A stretch of DNA of 64,000 nucleotides from the NCBI GenBank assembly GCA_965602015.1, contig OZ271918.1:2400001-2464000 (forward strand). Reading direction: 5' to 3'. The position numbers were made by a program, and so were the translations under genes. Positions 22,266 through 32,074 of the stretch are shown here, one piece after another. Position 1 is the first letter of the stretch. Every line of letters starts with the position of its first letter. Source of the DNA: Salinispira sp. Its GTDB lineage: Bacteria; Spirochaetota; Spirochaetia; DSM-27196; Salinispiraceae. The notes beneath the pieces are model-generated. The model ran no database searches. It saw only the letters and a program-made list of their open reading frames with translations, and was not told the origin of the DNA.

Positions 22266-22273
22266 CCTCCATC

Positions 22274-23074
22274 ATGACAGTGTGGATTACCGGTGCCAGT
22301 TCCGGAATAGGCAGGGCCCTGGCGGCTGAATACTGCTCTAAAGGCTGGAAGGTTGTTGTTTCATCCCGTAACATTAGTGCATTGGAAGATTTGCGGCGCG
22401 AAATGTGGGAAAGGTACCCGGATTCTCCAAAGCTGGAGATAGTCGGACTTGATTACCGCAAGCATGCCGATTTCCCCGCTACGGTGGAGCGGGTTTTTGA
22501 GATACTCGCTGACCAATCTGGCCTCGACCTGGTTATTCTCAATGCCGGTATCAGTCAGCGAAGCCTTTTCAGGGAGACTGAGCACAGTGTCCTTCGCGAC
22601 ATTCTTAGTGTCGACCTTGAAGCTCCCATGCTTCTTACCAAGGCCCTGCTACCTCGCTTGATTCGTCAGGGTGGAGGCCGGATTGCCGCGATGGGCTCTC
22701 TTGCGGGATACATCGCCGCACCAATTCGAAGCGCCTACGCGGCAGCAAAGCACGGACTGCACGGGTTCTTTAAAACCCTTGCCGTTGAGGAACGGAAGAA
22801 CGGAATCCGTATTAGCATAATTGTTCCCGGTTTTGTGAAAAGTGATATATCGCTTCATGCCTTGTCGGGTGACGGAAGCCCCTGGAACCGCAGGGAATCC
22901 GAAATCCATGGGGGCCAAAACGCGGAAGCGGCAGCACGGCGCATCGCCAAGGGTATCTCACGAGGACGGCTGTTTATCCACACAGGCTACAACGTAGAGC
23001 TGCGTACAGCGAGATTACTCGGCCGATACTTTCCTGCCCTCTTTGCCCGGGTGATTCAGTCCCGGCTTCCTTGA
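22274..23074 (+). CDS. Classical SDR-family oxidoreductase
   Basis: ITGASSGIG, LNAG, catalytic YAAAK, PGFV. Confidence 0.93.
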   Translation: MTVWITGASSGIGRALAAEYCSKGWKVVVSSRNISALEDLRREMWERYPDSPKLEIVGLDYRKHADFPATVERVFEILADQSGLDLVILNAGISQRSLFRETEHSVLRDILSVDLEAPMLLTKALLPRLIRQGGGRIAAMGSLAGYIAAPIRSAYAAAKHGLHGFFKTLAVEERKNGIRISIIVPGFVKSDISLHALSGDGSPWNRRESEIHGGQNAEAAARRIAKGISRGRLFIHTGYNVELRTARLLGRYFPALFARVIQSRLP

Positions 23075-23114
23075 GAATCCCGGGACCAAATTTAAGAATC
23101 CATGTTGGCTAACC

Positions 23115-24362
23115 CTAGCCGAGAATGCGGCGGGTCTCTTCGAATGATTCACGGGCGGCATCGAATGTTCGGGCAAAATCTTCATCGCTGTGCGCATAGG
23201 AAATGAACCAGTTGTGATGGGGGTGAACAAAAATACCCCGCTCGGCCATGCGGGCAGCCCACACCTGATTGTGGTACAGATCCGGATCATGGGCAAAGCG
23301 CATGAACGGTATGGCCGGGGGTCCGCTGACGATGATTTGGTAGCCGCTGGCTGAGGCTGCCAGCTTGAGTCCCTCGGCGAAATATCGTCCCCGCTCCTGC
23401 AGCTTTTCCACCACCTGATTATCCTTTAAAAACTGCAAGGTTTTCAAAGCGGCTATAATCGGCCCCGAGGACATCCAGAATGTGCCGGTGATAAAGAATC
23501 CCCCGGCGGTTTTTCGCAGCTGATTACGACCCATCAACACCGCAAGGGGATAGCCGTTGGCCACCGCCTTTCCCATGCAAATCATATCGGGCTCGGCATT
23601 AAAATGACGGTGCGAACCGCCGTAATCAAGCCGGAAATTCGCCCTGATATCATCCATTATAAAGAGAGCCCCCTCTCGTCGGCACAGGCTTTCCACCTTT
23701 GGATACCAGCCTTCGCCGGGCATCTGGGAGTCGACGAACACCGCATGGTGATACGGTGTGAGAATCACCGCGGCGATCTGTCCCCTGAGCTCGTAAAACA
23801 GTTCTTTCAGGCTCTCGGGGTCGCCGTATGTGAATGTTCGGACCTCGCTTTTATCCCGCAGGATGGGAAAATCATTTGATGAGCACCAGTTTGCGGCGCC
23901 ATGGTAGGCGCCTTCGGCCATGAGAACATAGGGTTTTCCGCTGTGCACCCGGGCCAGAGAAACTGCGAGGGTTGTTGCGTCGCTGCCGTTTTTCGCAAAG
24001 ACCGCCCAGTCCATCCCCGCAATGTCGGCACAAAGAAGCTCGGCAAGGTCGACCATTTCCGGAGGGGGGCAGGGTAGGAGGTCGCCCTGCCCTATCTGAT
24101 TAAGGGCAGCTTCATCGACCTCAGGGTTCCCATAACCAATAATCTGAGAACCGAATCCGCACATATAATCAATGTACTCATTGCCGTCGGCATCCCACAC
24201 CTTCGAGCCCCTTCCCCGGGAAAAGAAATAGGGGTACTCGCCAGAAACCAGGAAACCGGGGTTTTTAGAACCGTAGATACCCGAGGGAATCACCTTGGCA
24301 GCGCGACTGAACAAGTCCGCGCTTTTTTTATATCTATCCCCTGGGGGACCGTTTTTACTCAT
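23115..24362 (-). CDS. Class III PLP-dependent aminotransferase (glutamate-1-semialdehyde aminomutase-like)
   Basis: WDADGNEYIDY, NGSDAT, AYHG, DDIRANFR, MGKAVANGYP, GTF. Confidence 0.85.
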   Translation of the reverse strand: MSKNGPPGDRYKKSADLFSRAAKVIPSGIYGSKNPGFLVSGEYPYFFSRGRGSKVWDADGNEYIDYMCGFGSQIIGYGNPEVDEAALNQIGQGDLLPCPPPEMVDLAELLCADIAGMDWAVFAKNGSDATTLAVSLARVHSGKPYVLMAEGAYHGAANWCSSNDFPILRDKSEVRTFTYGDPESLKELFYELRGQIAAVILTPYHHAVFVDSQMPGEGWYPKVESLCRREGALFIMDDIRANFRLDYGGSHRHFNAEPDMICMGKAVANGYPLAVLMGRNQLRKTAGGFFITGTFWMSSGPIIAALKTLQFLKDNQVVEKLQERGRYFAEGLKLAASASGYQIIVSGPPAIPFMRFAHDPDLYHNQVWAARMAERGIFVHPHHNWFISYAHSDEDFARTFDAARESFEETRRILG

Positions 24363-24366
24363 CGTC

Positions 24367-25236
24367 TTATTCCTTCCTGATGCCGCCGGCGTTCATAATC
24401 TCAGAAAACCGATCAAGCAGGGGAAATATTCCCTGAATATAGGGTATTTTGCCGCGTATCTTCACCTGTCCCGAACCAAGAGCCTCCATGGCAGGCAAAA
24501 GTCCGCGCAAAACCTCACCGGCGGTATGAAGGTCTTCAAAGTGTAAAAGCGCCGTGGCTCGTTGGCTGCCCGGGATAATAGCCTCGCGTTCCGAGCCTCG
24601 GTGATAGCTCATGTTCAGGCCGTGACGCCCTTCGCTCCGGACGATATAACCACAAAAGGCCGGATTTTCTTCATGTCCGGCACGCACCTCAAGAACTCCC
24701 AAGGGCAGCCGGCGGGATTTGCTTGCGGTCCAGGGATCATGAAGTCCCACTTCACACACGCCTCTCAGGGCGGCGGTGAGCAGCATTTTTGTCTGAAGGG
24801 TATACTCCGGTCCCCCGACTGGAAACGATCCGCTCATTATTCGGGATATTTCAGCGCTTGCCCGAGAAAAAAATCCAATAACCTGAAGGGCTTTGATACC
24901 AGTTGGTATTGGGAGCACCGGGGCATTCCGGCCCGAGAGTTTCTGCACCATACCATCAGCTGTAATAAAATTGAGAATGGCGGCGGGGAAAAATGCACTA
25001 TGGTTGGAAAGCTCCAGTACCGGCAAAGTGTTGCCGGACCGGCGGCGCGGCCACCCGAGGTAAAGGCGGCGGTGCACCGAGCCTCCCCGGAGTGACAAGC
25101 CTGCAGGTCTAGAAGGGGGCCGTAGATCGGCAAAGCCCTCTGGGTGGAGGTCCGCCAGGGCTGGAAGGAGGGAACAGATTACGCCGGATCTCACTGCGGC
25201 AATCAGGGTACTGTCGGGGATTTTCTGATTTCTCAC
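24367..25236 (-). CDS. Hypothetical protein, possible C-terminal SCP2-like region
   Basis: 289-aa ORF ending 4 nt upstream of the aminotransferase start; AMEALGSGQVKIRG resembles the SCP2 C-terminal motif. Confidence 0.6.
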   Translation of the reverse strand: MRNQKIPDSTLIAAVRSGVICSLLPALADLHPEGFADLRPPSRPAGLSLRGGSVHRRLYLGWPRRRSGNTLPVLELSNHSAFFPAAILNFITADGMVQKLSGRNAPVLPIPTGIKALQVIGFFSRASAEISRIMSGSFPVGGPEYTLQTKMLLTAALRGVCEVGLHDPWTASKSRRLPLGVLEVRAGHEENPAFCGYIVRSEGRHGLNMSYHRGSEREAIIPGSQRATALLHFEDLHTAGEVLRGLLPAMEALGSGQVKIRGKIPYIQGIFPLLDRFSEIMNAGGIRKE

Positions 25237-25335
25237 CTGGGCATCCTCGTGGTTGCCGAACTATAGCACGAATGTTTGGAAGCTGGACAGAATAAAAAAA
25301 GGTGGGGAAGGAAGCTCTCCGCGTGATTGCCTGGC

Positions 25336-25371
25336 CAGTGCCCCGAAAACAGCTGATTTGCGTACCGCAAA
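25336..25371 (+). repeat. Solitary copy of the MITE-like left end
   Basis: CAGTGCCCCGAAAACAGCTGATTTGCGTACCGCAAA matches 22080-22115 at 32/36. Confidence 0.75.
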
Positions 25372-25389
25372 GCACCGGGTGGGAAACTC

Positions 25390-26367
25390 TCAGGAAGCTT
25401 CTTTTATTTTGCTTCCCGAGCCACCATCTGATGACAAGAGTTTTTGACGCAGGTGTAAAATCATCTGGTCGGCGGTTTCCTTCAAGGGATAGGCGGGTTT
25501 CCAGCCCCACTCTCTTCGGGCCAGGGAATCGTCGATAAACCTCGGCCAGTTGTTTACGATTTCCTGCCGGAAATCCGGTTCGTACTCGACCTTCAAATCC
25601 GGCACGTGACGGGTTACTTCGGCGGCAATATCGGCGCAGCTCGCCGAAAAGCCTGAAATATTGTAGGTCGAACGGCTAAGCGCCTGAGCCGAAGCATCCA
25701 TGAGCATAGTTATTGAACCGATAACATCGTCCATGTACATAAACGGCAAAACCGTATCGGCTGAGACAAAGCTTCGGTAATTCCGGTGCAGCAAGGCATC
25801 CCGGAAAATTTCGACGGCATAGTCGGTGCTGCCTCCGCCGGGATCGGTTTTCCAGGAAATAACGCCGGGGAAGCGCAGGGACCGGACATCCAGATCATAG
25901 CGAGTGCGATAATAGTCGAATAACCTTTCAGCGCTTACCTTGGTGACGCCGTACATGGTGGCAGGCCGGAGGGGTGCGTCATCATCTGTGTGGTTACGGT
26001 TAATCCCGTCTCCAAAAACCGCAATGGAGGACGGAGAGAAGACCTTTGATATGCCGTGCTCCCTGGCGGCCTCGAGTACGTTATAGGTCCCGTCCATATT
26101 GACCCGATATGCGAGCTGGGGATTTTTTTCCCCGGTTCCCGAGAGTATAGCTGCAAGGTGATATATCTCGGAGATATTGTGGCGGGATATTATTTCATCG
26201 AGTGCTTTTCGGTCGGTAACGTCGAGGGCTTCGCGATGTTGGGCGCCGCGTAGTCTTTTTACATCGATATCGCTGCATACCACCGATTCAGCGCCGAAGC
26301 GCCGAATCAAATCAGCAGTCAGCTCGCTTCCGATCTGACCACCGGCTCCGGTAATGAGAATATTCAT
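25390..26367 (-). CDS. L-threonine 3-dehydrogenase (extended-SDR/GalE-like type)
   Basis: Start reassigned to MNILITGAGGQIG at 26367 (GGGAGG SD); HLAAILS, PSSIAVFG, MYGVTK, PGGGSTDYAVEIF, LPFMYM. Confidence 0.82.
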   Translation of the reverse strand: MNILITGAGGQIGSELTADLIRRFGAESVVCSDIDVKRLRGAQHREALDVTDRKALDEIISRHNISEIYHLAAILSGTGEKNPQLAYRVNMDGTYNVLEAAREHGISKVFSPSSIAVFGDGINRNHTDDDAPLRPATMYGVTKVSAERLFDYYRTRYDLDVRSLRFPGVISWKTDPGGGSTDYAVEIFRDALLHRNYRSFVSADTVLPFMYMDDVIGSITMLMDASAQALSRSTYNISGFSASCADIAAEVTRHVPDLKVEYEPDFRQEIVNNWPRFIDDSLARREWGWKPAYPLKETADQMILHLRQKLLSSDGGSGSKIKEAS

Positions 26368-26423
26368 AGCGCCTCCCAGCCTCTGCGGCGGCTCTTCCCG
26401 TGGCTGCCGGATACCGCAATAGA

Positions 26424-26495
26424 GTTCAATATATTGTACGCCAAATGTATCTCCCGGCGGGGCACTTGTCAAGTCATGTATACAATATATTGAAC
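26424..26495. promoter_or_regulatory. Pair of inverted 15-bp operator-like sites flanking the threonine-dehydrogenase promoter
   Basis: GTTCAATATATTGTA (26424-26438) and its exact reverse complement (26481-26495); TTGACA-N17-TACATT on the minus strand at 26444-26472. Confidence 0.7.
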
Positions 26496-26514
26496 ATCTG
26501 CTATACTCCGCATC

Positions 26515-27159
26515 ATGATATCAGGTAATAATGTGATGGAATCCAATAGCGTACCCGACGTTGCAAGCCGCATCCGCAGTCTCCGCAAAGAGAAGTCCTT
26601 GAGTCTTGATGAGCTGGCTCTCCGAAGCAACGTTTCAAAATCGATGATTTCTCAAATTGAGGGCAACAAGACAAATCCCACCCTGACGATGATATGGAAG
26701 ATCGCCCAGGGACTCGAAACCACGGTCCAGGAGCTACTGGAAGCTGCGGAGGATTTGCGAGGGGCTCAGCAGAGCGCAGAGGACGGCAGCACTTCGGAAA
26801 TTCTTTTCTCTCACACGAAGAAGGAAAACTTCAATCAGATTACCGCAGACCGGCCCGGCCTGCATTTTCGGGTTCTAACCCCCATGACAAACTCTGAAGA
26901 TTTGGAAATATACCGTATAAGCATACAGCCGGGCAGCGGATTGGAATCTCAGCCCCACAGCCCGGGCACCGAAGAGTATCTCACTCTTATCCGAGGTGAA
27001 CTCGAAGTGGTATCCGGGGAAAACCGGGGAGTCATGCACACCGGAGATTTTATTATGTACAATGCCGATGACCTGCACAGCATGAAGAACATCGGCAGCG
27101 AAACCGCAGAGGTTCACCTGGTGGTGCGCTTCAGAAACGAAGAAGCCAGCGCCGGCTAA
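26515..27159 (+). CDS. XRE-family HTH regulator with C-terminal cupin domain
   Basis: LSLDELA...VSKSMISQIE...NPTL; cupin HSPGTEEY...H. Confidence 0.92.
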   Translation: MISGNNVMESNSVPDVASRIRSLRKEKSLSLDELALRSNVSKSMISQIEGNKTNPTLTMIWKIAQGLETTVQELLEAAEDLRGAQQSAEDGSTSEILFSHTKKENFNQITADRPGLHFRVLTPMTNSEDLEIYRISIQPGSGLESQPHSPGTEEYLTLIRGELEVVSGENRGVMHTGDFIMYNADDLHSMKNIGSETAEVHLVVRFRNEEASAG

Positions 27160-27229
27160 ACGCCAGCAAACCCCATACCCTACCCGCGCGCTGGCACCGC
27201 CGCCCTACACTGCAGGTTCCCTCCGGGCG

Positions 27230-28264
27230 CTATTGTGCTGCCGCCGCCCTGCGCAGCCGGTCTCTCAGCGCGAGACTGTCAGCGTGTTTCGGTGGCATCC
27301 AGCAGACAGCCTGGGCCGCATTGTGCCGATCGGCCTCCGCAAGAAAGCGGTAGAGCCGGTGGCGGTAATCATCCAGGCTTGCTATCGTCCATAACAGCAA
27401 AGAGCTTTCCCCGATTGCCGCCCTCTGGTCAGCGAATTCCTTCTGCAATTTTTCCGAGGGCATAATAAAAGCCATTGTCCCCTGCGAGTCGTTCTCCCGC
27501 AGAATGAGAGAGAGCTCCGCAGCATTGCTAAAAAGCCGGACAAGGGCCCGAGGGGCGTAATGCCGATACCTGGTACCCGGCGCGGCGGGGGTATCCGCCT
27601 CGGGTTTTTCACCGGGAAGCCGGATTTCAACGTCGCTTCGGACGTCCATGACACAATTTCGAATATCATCGACGCTCAGGCTCCCGAGCCTCAGGACATA
27701 GAGCCGATCGTTTTGAATTCGAATGATGGTGCTCTCCAGGCCCCGAACCGACGGCCCGCCTTCGATGATCGCCGAGACCCGGCCGGCCATCTCTTCCCAG
27801 GCCATGGTAAAGTCCGTCGGGCTCGGGCGTCCCGAGCGGTTAGCCGAAGGCGCGGCGATTCCCCCACCCAGCGCGGTGATTAGCTTGAGGGCAGCCCGTT
27901 CGGAAGGAATTCGCAGGCCGATGGTTGCTTGGCCGGCTGCGGCAGCCTCGGCCCTGGATGGCATTCGGTCGGCAATTACTGTGAGGGGTCCGGGACTGAA
28001 TCGCTTCAAGAGGGCCCGTTCCACCTCGCCGAGGGGATACGCGTATGTTTCAGCCATGGTCATGGAATCCACATGGATGATCAGGGGATTATCCGCCGGG
28101 CGGTTTTTGGCGGCAAACACCTTCCCCACTGCTTCGGCGCTGTCCGCCCGGGCGCCAAGGCCGTAGACCGTTTCGGTGGGAAAAACCACAAGCCGGTCTC
28201 GTTGCAAAAGCCCGGCGGCTGTTTTAATATCCTCATCAGAGGTGCTTAGACGGATCGTGTTCAT
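27230..28264 (-). CDS. sua5: L-threonylcarbamoyladenylate synthase (Sua5, with C-terminal domain)
   Basis: FPTETVYGLGA, KNRPADNPLIIH, AAPSANRSGRPSPT, APG..YRHYAP; start placed at MNTIRL (uncertain). Confidence 0.93.
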   Translation of the reverse strand: MNTIRLSTSDEDIKTAAGLLQRDRLVVFPTETVYGLGARADSAEAVGKVFAAKNRPADNPLIIHVDSMTMAETYAYPLGEVERALLKRFSPGPLTVIADRMPSRAEAAAAGQATIGLRIPSERAALKLITALGGGIAAPSANRSGRPSPTDFTMAWEEMAGRVSAIIEGGPSVRGLESTIIRIQNDRLYVLRLGSLSVDDIRNCVMDVRSDVEIRLPGEKPEADTPAAPGTRYRHYAPRALVRLFSNAAELSLILRENDSQGTMAFIMPSEKLQKEFADQRAAIGESSLLLWTIASLDDYRHRLYRFLAEADRHNAAQAVCWMPPKHADSLALRDRLRRAAAAQ

Positions 28265-28333
28265 CTGAAGGTGACTGTAACACGTAGCCCGCTGCTCCGT
28301 CACATCCGCGCCCCGAAGAAACCGAGGTCAACC

Positions 28334-30508
28334 ATGTCAAAAACCAGCCAAAAACGCGCAGTTTTGCTTCTGTTCTATTTCGCCGCCATTGCCGCAGCCC
28401 TGTTCGCAGAGGAAACCGGTGGTCACGGCGGCAGCCTTACGCACCAGGTAACCCAGCTGGTCATTCAGCTTGCGGTGATTCTCTATGCCACGTGGGTGGG
28501 CGGTAAGCTCGCCGTAAAGATAAAACTGCCCAAGGTGCTCGGCCAGCTCATTATCGGAATTATCATAGGTCCATTTCTCTTGGGTTCTCTCGGCCTGCCG
28601 GGTTTCCCCGACGGGATTTTCCCTCTTGTGGAGGGCAGCGTTCCGGTCAGCCCATTTATCTACTCCCTGTCCAGCATTGCCGCCATTATCCTCTTGTTTA
28701 TCGCCGGATTGGAAACCGACCTTCCCATGTTTCTGCGCTACGCCGCAAAGGGTTCCATGGTCGGGGTCGGAGGTGTTTTGGTCAGCTTCCTGGCGGGCAA
28801 CTGGCTGACCACGGTTTACACCGGATTTTCGATGTTTCACCCGATGGCTCTGTTTATGGGAACCCTGTCAGTGGCAACCTCGGTGGGCATTACCGCCAGC
28901 ATTCTCTCCGACCAGCGGAAAATGGATTCCCCCGAGGGGGTGGTTATACTCTCAGCGGCGGTTATTGACGATGTGCTTGCGATAATCATCCTCGCCGTGG
29001 TCTTGGGCATTGCGGGATTGAATGCCGGCGGCGGGGAGCTGGACTGGCGGGGAATCGTGTGGGTCGCCGCGCGGGCAATCGGAGTGTGGCTCTTTTTTAC
29101 CATCATAGGGCTGATTTTCGCCCGCCGGCTCAGCGGATTTTTAAAGAAAACCTTCCGGGATCAGAGCCTGGTCACGGTTATGGCCTTCGGCCTGGCCCTT
29201 CTTATGGCGGGCATTTTCGAGAGCGCCGGGCTTTCGATGATCATCGGCGCATATGTAGTCGGCCTTTCTCTTTCAAACACCGATCTGGCGTTTATGGTCC
29301 AAAGCAGGCTTAATACTCTCCGGGATTTTTTCGTTCCCATCTTCTTTGCGGTGAGCGGTATGATGGTCAATATTGAAGCCATACTTTCATGGGAAGTTTT
29401 TGGATTCGGGCTGCTTTTCACGGCGGTTACCATGGCGGCCAAGCTCATTGGGGCCGGGGGGCCATCGATGCTCCTGAATTTCAACATTGTGGGAGCCGCC
29501 CGCATCGGTTTCGGCATGATTCCCCGGGGCGAGGTGACCCTCATCGTCGCCGGCATCGGTATGGGTGCGGGGATAATCAGCGAACAGTTGTTCGGAATCA
29601 CCCTGCTTATGACCATCCTGTCCACGGTCATCGCCCCGCCGATTCTCAATTTACTCCTGAAGAACCCCAAAGCCGGTCAAAAAATCGACGGCGGCAGCAT
29701 CGAAAAAACCGAAACATCATTTTCATTTCAGAGCCCCGAGTTCGCCCAGCTCGTATTAACCAAATTCATCAGTGAAATGGAGAAAGAGGGGTTCTTTATT
29801 AATAACATGGGCCACGGGGAAGAAGTTATTCAGATGCGCAAGGATGATATTTTTATCTCCCTCTATCTTCACAACGACGGCAGGGCAACGTTCCTCTCAG
29901 ACGCCGACGATGTGAATTTGTTCAAGACCGCACTGTATGAGAGTCTTCTCTCGGTAAACAAGGCAGCCAGCGAGCTGCAGCGAATATTCAAACCGGCGGA
30001 TCTGGCCAAAAGCGTGACCGAAGGAAGCGCCCGGGCCAGCTTCGACATAATGCCGTACACCAAACCGGAAAACGTCATTCTCCACCTGGAAGCAGTCAGC
30101 AAGACCGCCCTCATCGAGGAGATGCTCGTTGTGGCGGGCAAAAACGGCATGGTACGAGATGCCGAACTGACACGAAAGGACGTGCTCGAGCGGGAAGAAA
30201 GCATGACCACCGGAATGGCTCAGGGCATTGCCCTTCCCCACGCCAAAACCGACGGCGTCGATGCAATGGGATTTCTCATTGGCATAAAAAAAGAGGGGAT
30301 GGACTTCAAGGCCCTGGACAAGCTACCGAGCCGGATTTTTATCATGATTCTGACTCCAAAAAACCGCACGGGCCCGCATATTCAGCTGCTCTCAACCATC
30401 ACCGGCCTGTTGAACAAAGAACCGGTGCGAAACGCCATACTCAACGCCGATACCAGCTTTGAAGTCCTGCGCGTTCTGGAGAAAGCCCAGCAGGAGATAA
30501 AAAAATAG
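28334..30508 (+). CDS. Cation:proton antiporter (CPA2) fused to a C-terminal PTS EIIA-like domain
   Basis: Many TMs with AGLE, ATSVGI, AAVIDD, GMIPRGEV; C-terminal EREESMTTGMAQGIALPHA. Start placed at MSKTS after a GAGG SD. Confidence 0.88.
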   Translation: MSKTSQKRAVLLLFYFAAIAAALFAEETGGHGGSLTHQVTQLVIQLAVILYATWVGGKLAVKIKLPKVLGQLIIGIIIGPFLLGSLGLPGFPDGIFPLVEGSVPVSPFIYSLSSIAAIILLFIAGLETDLPMFLRYAAKGSMVGVGGVLVSFLAGNWLTTVYTGFSMFHPMALFMGTLSVATSVGITASILSDQRKMDSPEGVVILSAAVIDDVLAIIILAVVLGIAGLNAGGGELDWRGIVWVAARAIGVWLFFTIIGLIFARRLSGFLKKTFRDQSLVTVMAFGLALLMAGIFESAGLSMIIGAYVVGLSLSNTDLAFMVQSRLNTLRDFFVPIFFAVSGMMVNIEAILSWEVFGFGLLFTAVTMAAKLIGAGGPSMLLNFNIVGAARIGFGMIPRGEVTLIVAGIGMGAGIISEQLFGITLLMTILSTVIAPPILNLLLKNPKAGQKIDGGSIEKTETSFSFQSPEFAQLVLTKFISEMEKEGFFINNMGHGEEVIQMRKDDIFISLYLHNDGRATFLSDADDVNLFKTALYESLLSVNKAASELQRIFKPADLAKSVTEGSARASFDIMPYTKPENVILHLEAVSKTALIEEMLVVAGKNGMVRDAELTRKDVLEREESMTTGMAQGIALPHAKTDGVDAMGFLIGIKKEGMDFKALDKLPSRIFIMILTPKNRTGPHIQLLSTITGLLNKEPVRNAILNADTSFEVLRVLEKAQQEIKK

Positions 30509-30529
30509 CGCCCGGGCAATGCCGGGCGC
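30508..30529. terminator. GC-rich hairpin between convergent genes
   Basis: GCGCCCGG-N6-CCGGGCGC, with the A tract immediately left of it giving a T tract on the minus strand. Confidence 0.5.
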
Positions 30530-30550
30530 ATGGTTCACTGCAGGGCGGGA

Positions 30551-30877
30551 TTAGGGCTTAATAAACACCTTGCCGTCGTTCACCTTGACTTCATAGGTCT
30601 TGATGTCTTCTTCGGCGGGAAGATCGATAACCTTTCCGCTGCGAATGTCGAAACGGCTTCCGTGCTTTTCGCAGAACACCTTGCCGTCCATCACAATTCC
30701 CTCGCACAACGGGCTGTACTCATGGGAGCAGCTGCCCTGGGTACAAAACACACCGTCATCGAGCTTGTAAAGCGTGTATGTATGACGACCAATTTTGACC
30801 TCTCGGGAAACCGTAAAGCTGTCCAGATCGGCAACCTCCTGCCATTCACCCTTTTTCCGCTTAGTCAGGAGTCCCAT
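30551..30877 (-). CDS. Rieske-type [2Fe-2S] ferredoxin
   Basis: CSH...CEKHGSRFD Rieske motifs. Confidence 0.92.
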   Translation of the reverse strand: MGLLTKRKKGEWQEVADLDSFTVSREVKIGRHTYTLYKLDDGVFCTQGSCSHEYSPLCEGIVMDGKVFCEKHGSRFDIRSGKVIDLPAEEDIKTYEVKVNDGKVFIKP

Positions 30878-30880
30878 ATG

Positions 30881-32074
30881 CTACAGCCGCCCCTTGAGCC
30901 GACGGTTGATCTGCTGGCGAACATCGTCCTGCATGGATACCGGAAGGTTGTGAAGCAGCTCCTCGAAGAACCCGATTATGAGCATTTCCTTTGCCTCGTC
31001 CCGGGAAAAACCCCGGCACTGCAGATAATAAATATGTTCTTCGCTTATTTTGCCCGTGGTTGAACCGTGAGAGCACTTCACGTCGTCGGTCTTTATGTTG
31101 AGGCTGGGTATGCTGTCTGATTTCGCCCCGTCGTTAAGAACAAGATTATTATTCGTCAAATAGGCGTCGGTTCCCCGGGCTTCGTGATTAACTTCAATCA
31201 AACCCTGGAAAATAGCCTCGGATTCGTCTTTTATCGCGCCCTTGTAGAATGTCCGGCTCGATGCGTGTTCCGCCTGATGGTGCTGCACGGTTCTCAGATC
31301 TACATGCTGTTCGTCGTCGGTGAAATACAGTCCGTCGAGATTGAGGTCGCTTCCGCTGCCGGCCAGCCCGATCTCTACACGGTTTTTTACAAATCCTCCG
31401 CCGAGTATTCCCTCGAAGTGCAGTAGTCTGGCGTCCCTGCCGATGCGGCCCTCCGCCTGGTAAAAGGCAACCACCTCATCGCTGCTCTCCTGGAGAACCG
31501 AAACGCCGAAGTCCGCCGCATCATCAACAAGGTAGAGCGCATTGAGGGTCTGCAGGTGGCCGCTCATACCCTTCATTCTGAGGGCCATGCGGGCCTTGCT
31601 CATCCGCTCGGCAACCACGACGAGGCTCGCGTGGCGGCTGACATCCTCTCCGAGGCTGTGCCAGCAGAGCTCGTGGAGTTCGTCGGATTCCTGCCCCTTG
31701 GGAATGTGAAGAATGAAAATATCTTCGGAAAGCGCCAGGCTCCACAAGGTAATCCTGTTTGGAGCCTGGGTAAGCATGCGATCGAACTCGCCGAAGATCC
31801 GGTCCACTACCTCCGCCGGTACGGCTTCACCGGGGCTCTTGAGCAAATCGTTGAGCCTGTGCAGTTTTCCGTGCTTGATTTCGGCGGCTGTGTTCGTCCT
31901 GAGCTCGATGTCCGGATGACCAAGCTCGTCGAGATCGAACACCGAGATGTCCGTTCTCCGCCATTCTTCTTCATCGGTTGCGGGCCAGGATCCGGCGGAA
32001 AAAGCCTCAAGGGCTTTCCTCCGGAAGGCTGCCAATCTCTCGTGGTCGTCAAAGCTGTTGATGTATTCCGTCAC
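30881..32074 (-). CDS. sufD: Fe-S cluster assembly protein SufD
   Basis: [18 protein letters not shown]...[16 protein letters not shown]. Confidence 0.92.
   Translation of the reverse strand: MTEYINSFDDHERLAAFRRKALEAFSAGSWPATDEEEWRRTDISVFDLDELGHPDIELRTNTAAEIKHGKLHRLNDLLKSPGEAVPAEVVDRIFGEFDRMLTQAPNRITLWSLALSEDIFILHIPKGQESDELHELCWHSLGEDVSRHASLVVVAERMSKARMALRMKGMSGHLQTLNALYLVDDAADFGVSVLQESSDEVVAFYQAEGRIGRDARLLHFEGILGGGFVKNRVEIGLAGSGSDLNLDGLYFTDDEQHVDLRTVQHHQAEHASSRTFYKGAIKDESEAIFQGLIEVNHEARGTDAYLTNNNLVLNDGAKSDSIPSLNIKTDDVKCSHGSTTGKISEEHIYYLQCRGFSRDEAKEMLIIGFFEELLHNLPVSMQDDVRQQINRRLKGRL

Noticed and set aside
25390..28264. Threonine theme linking the dehydrogenase and sua5
   Set aside because: The genes appear to be separate transcription units and no shared operator is seen upstream of sua5; likely coincidental.
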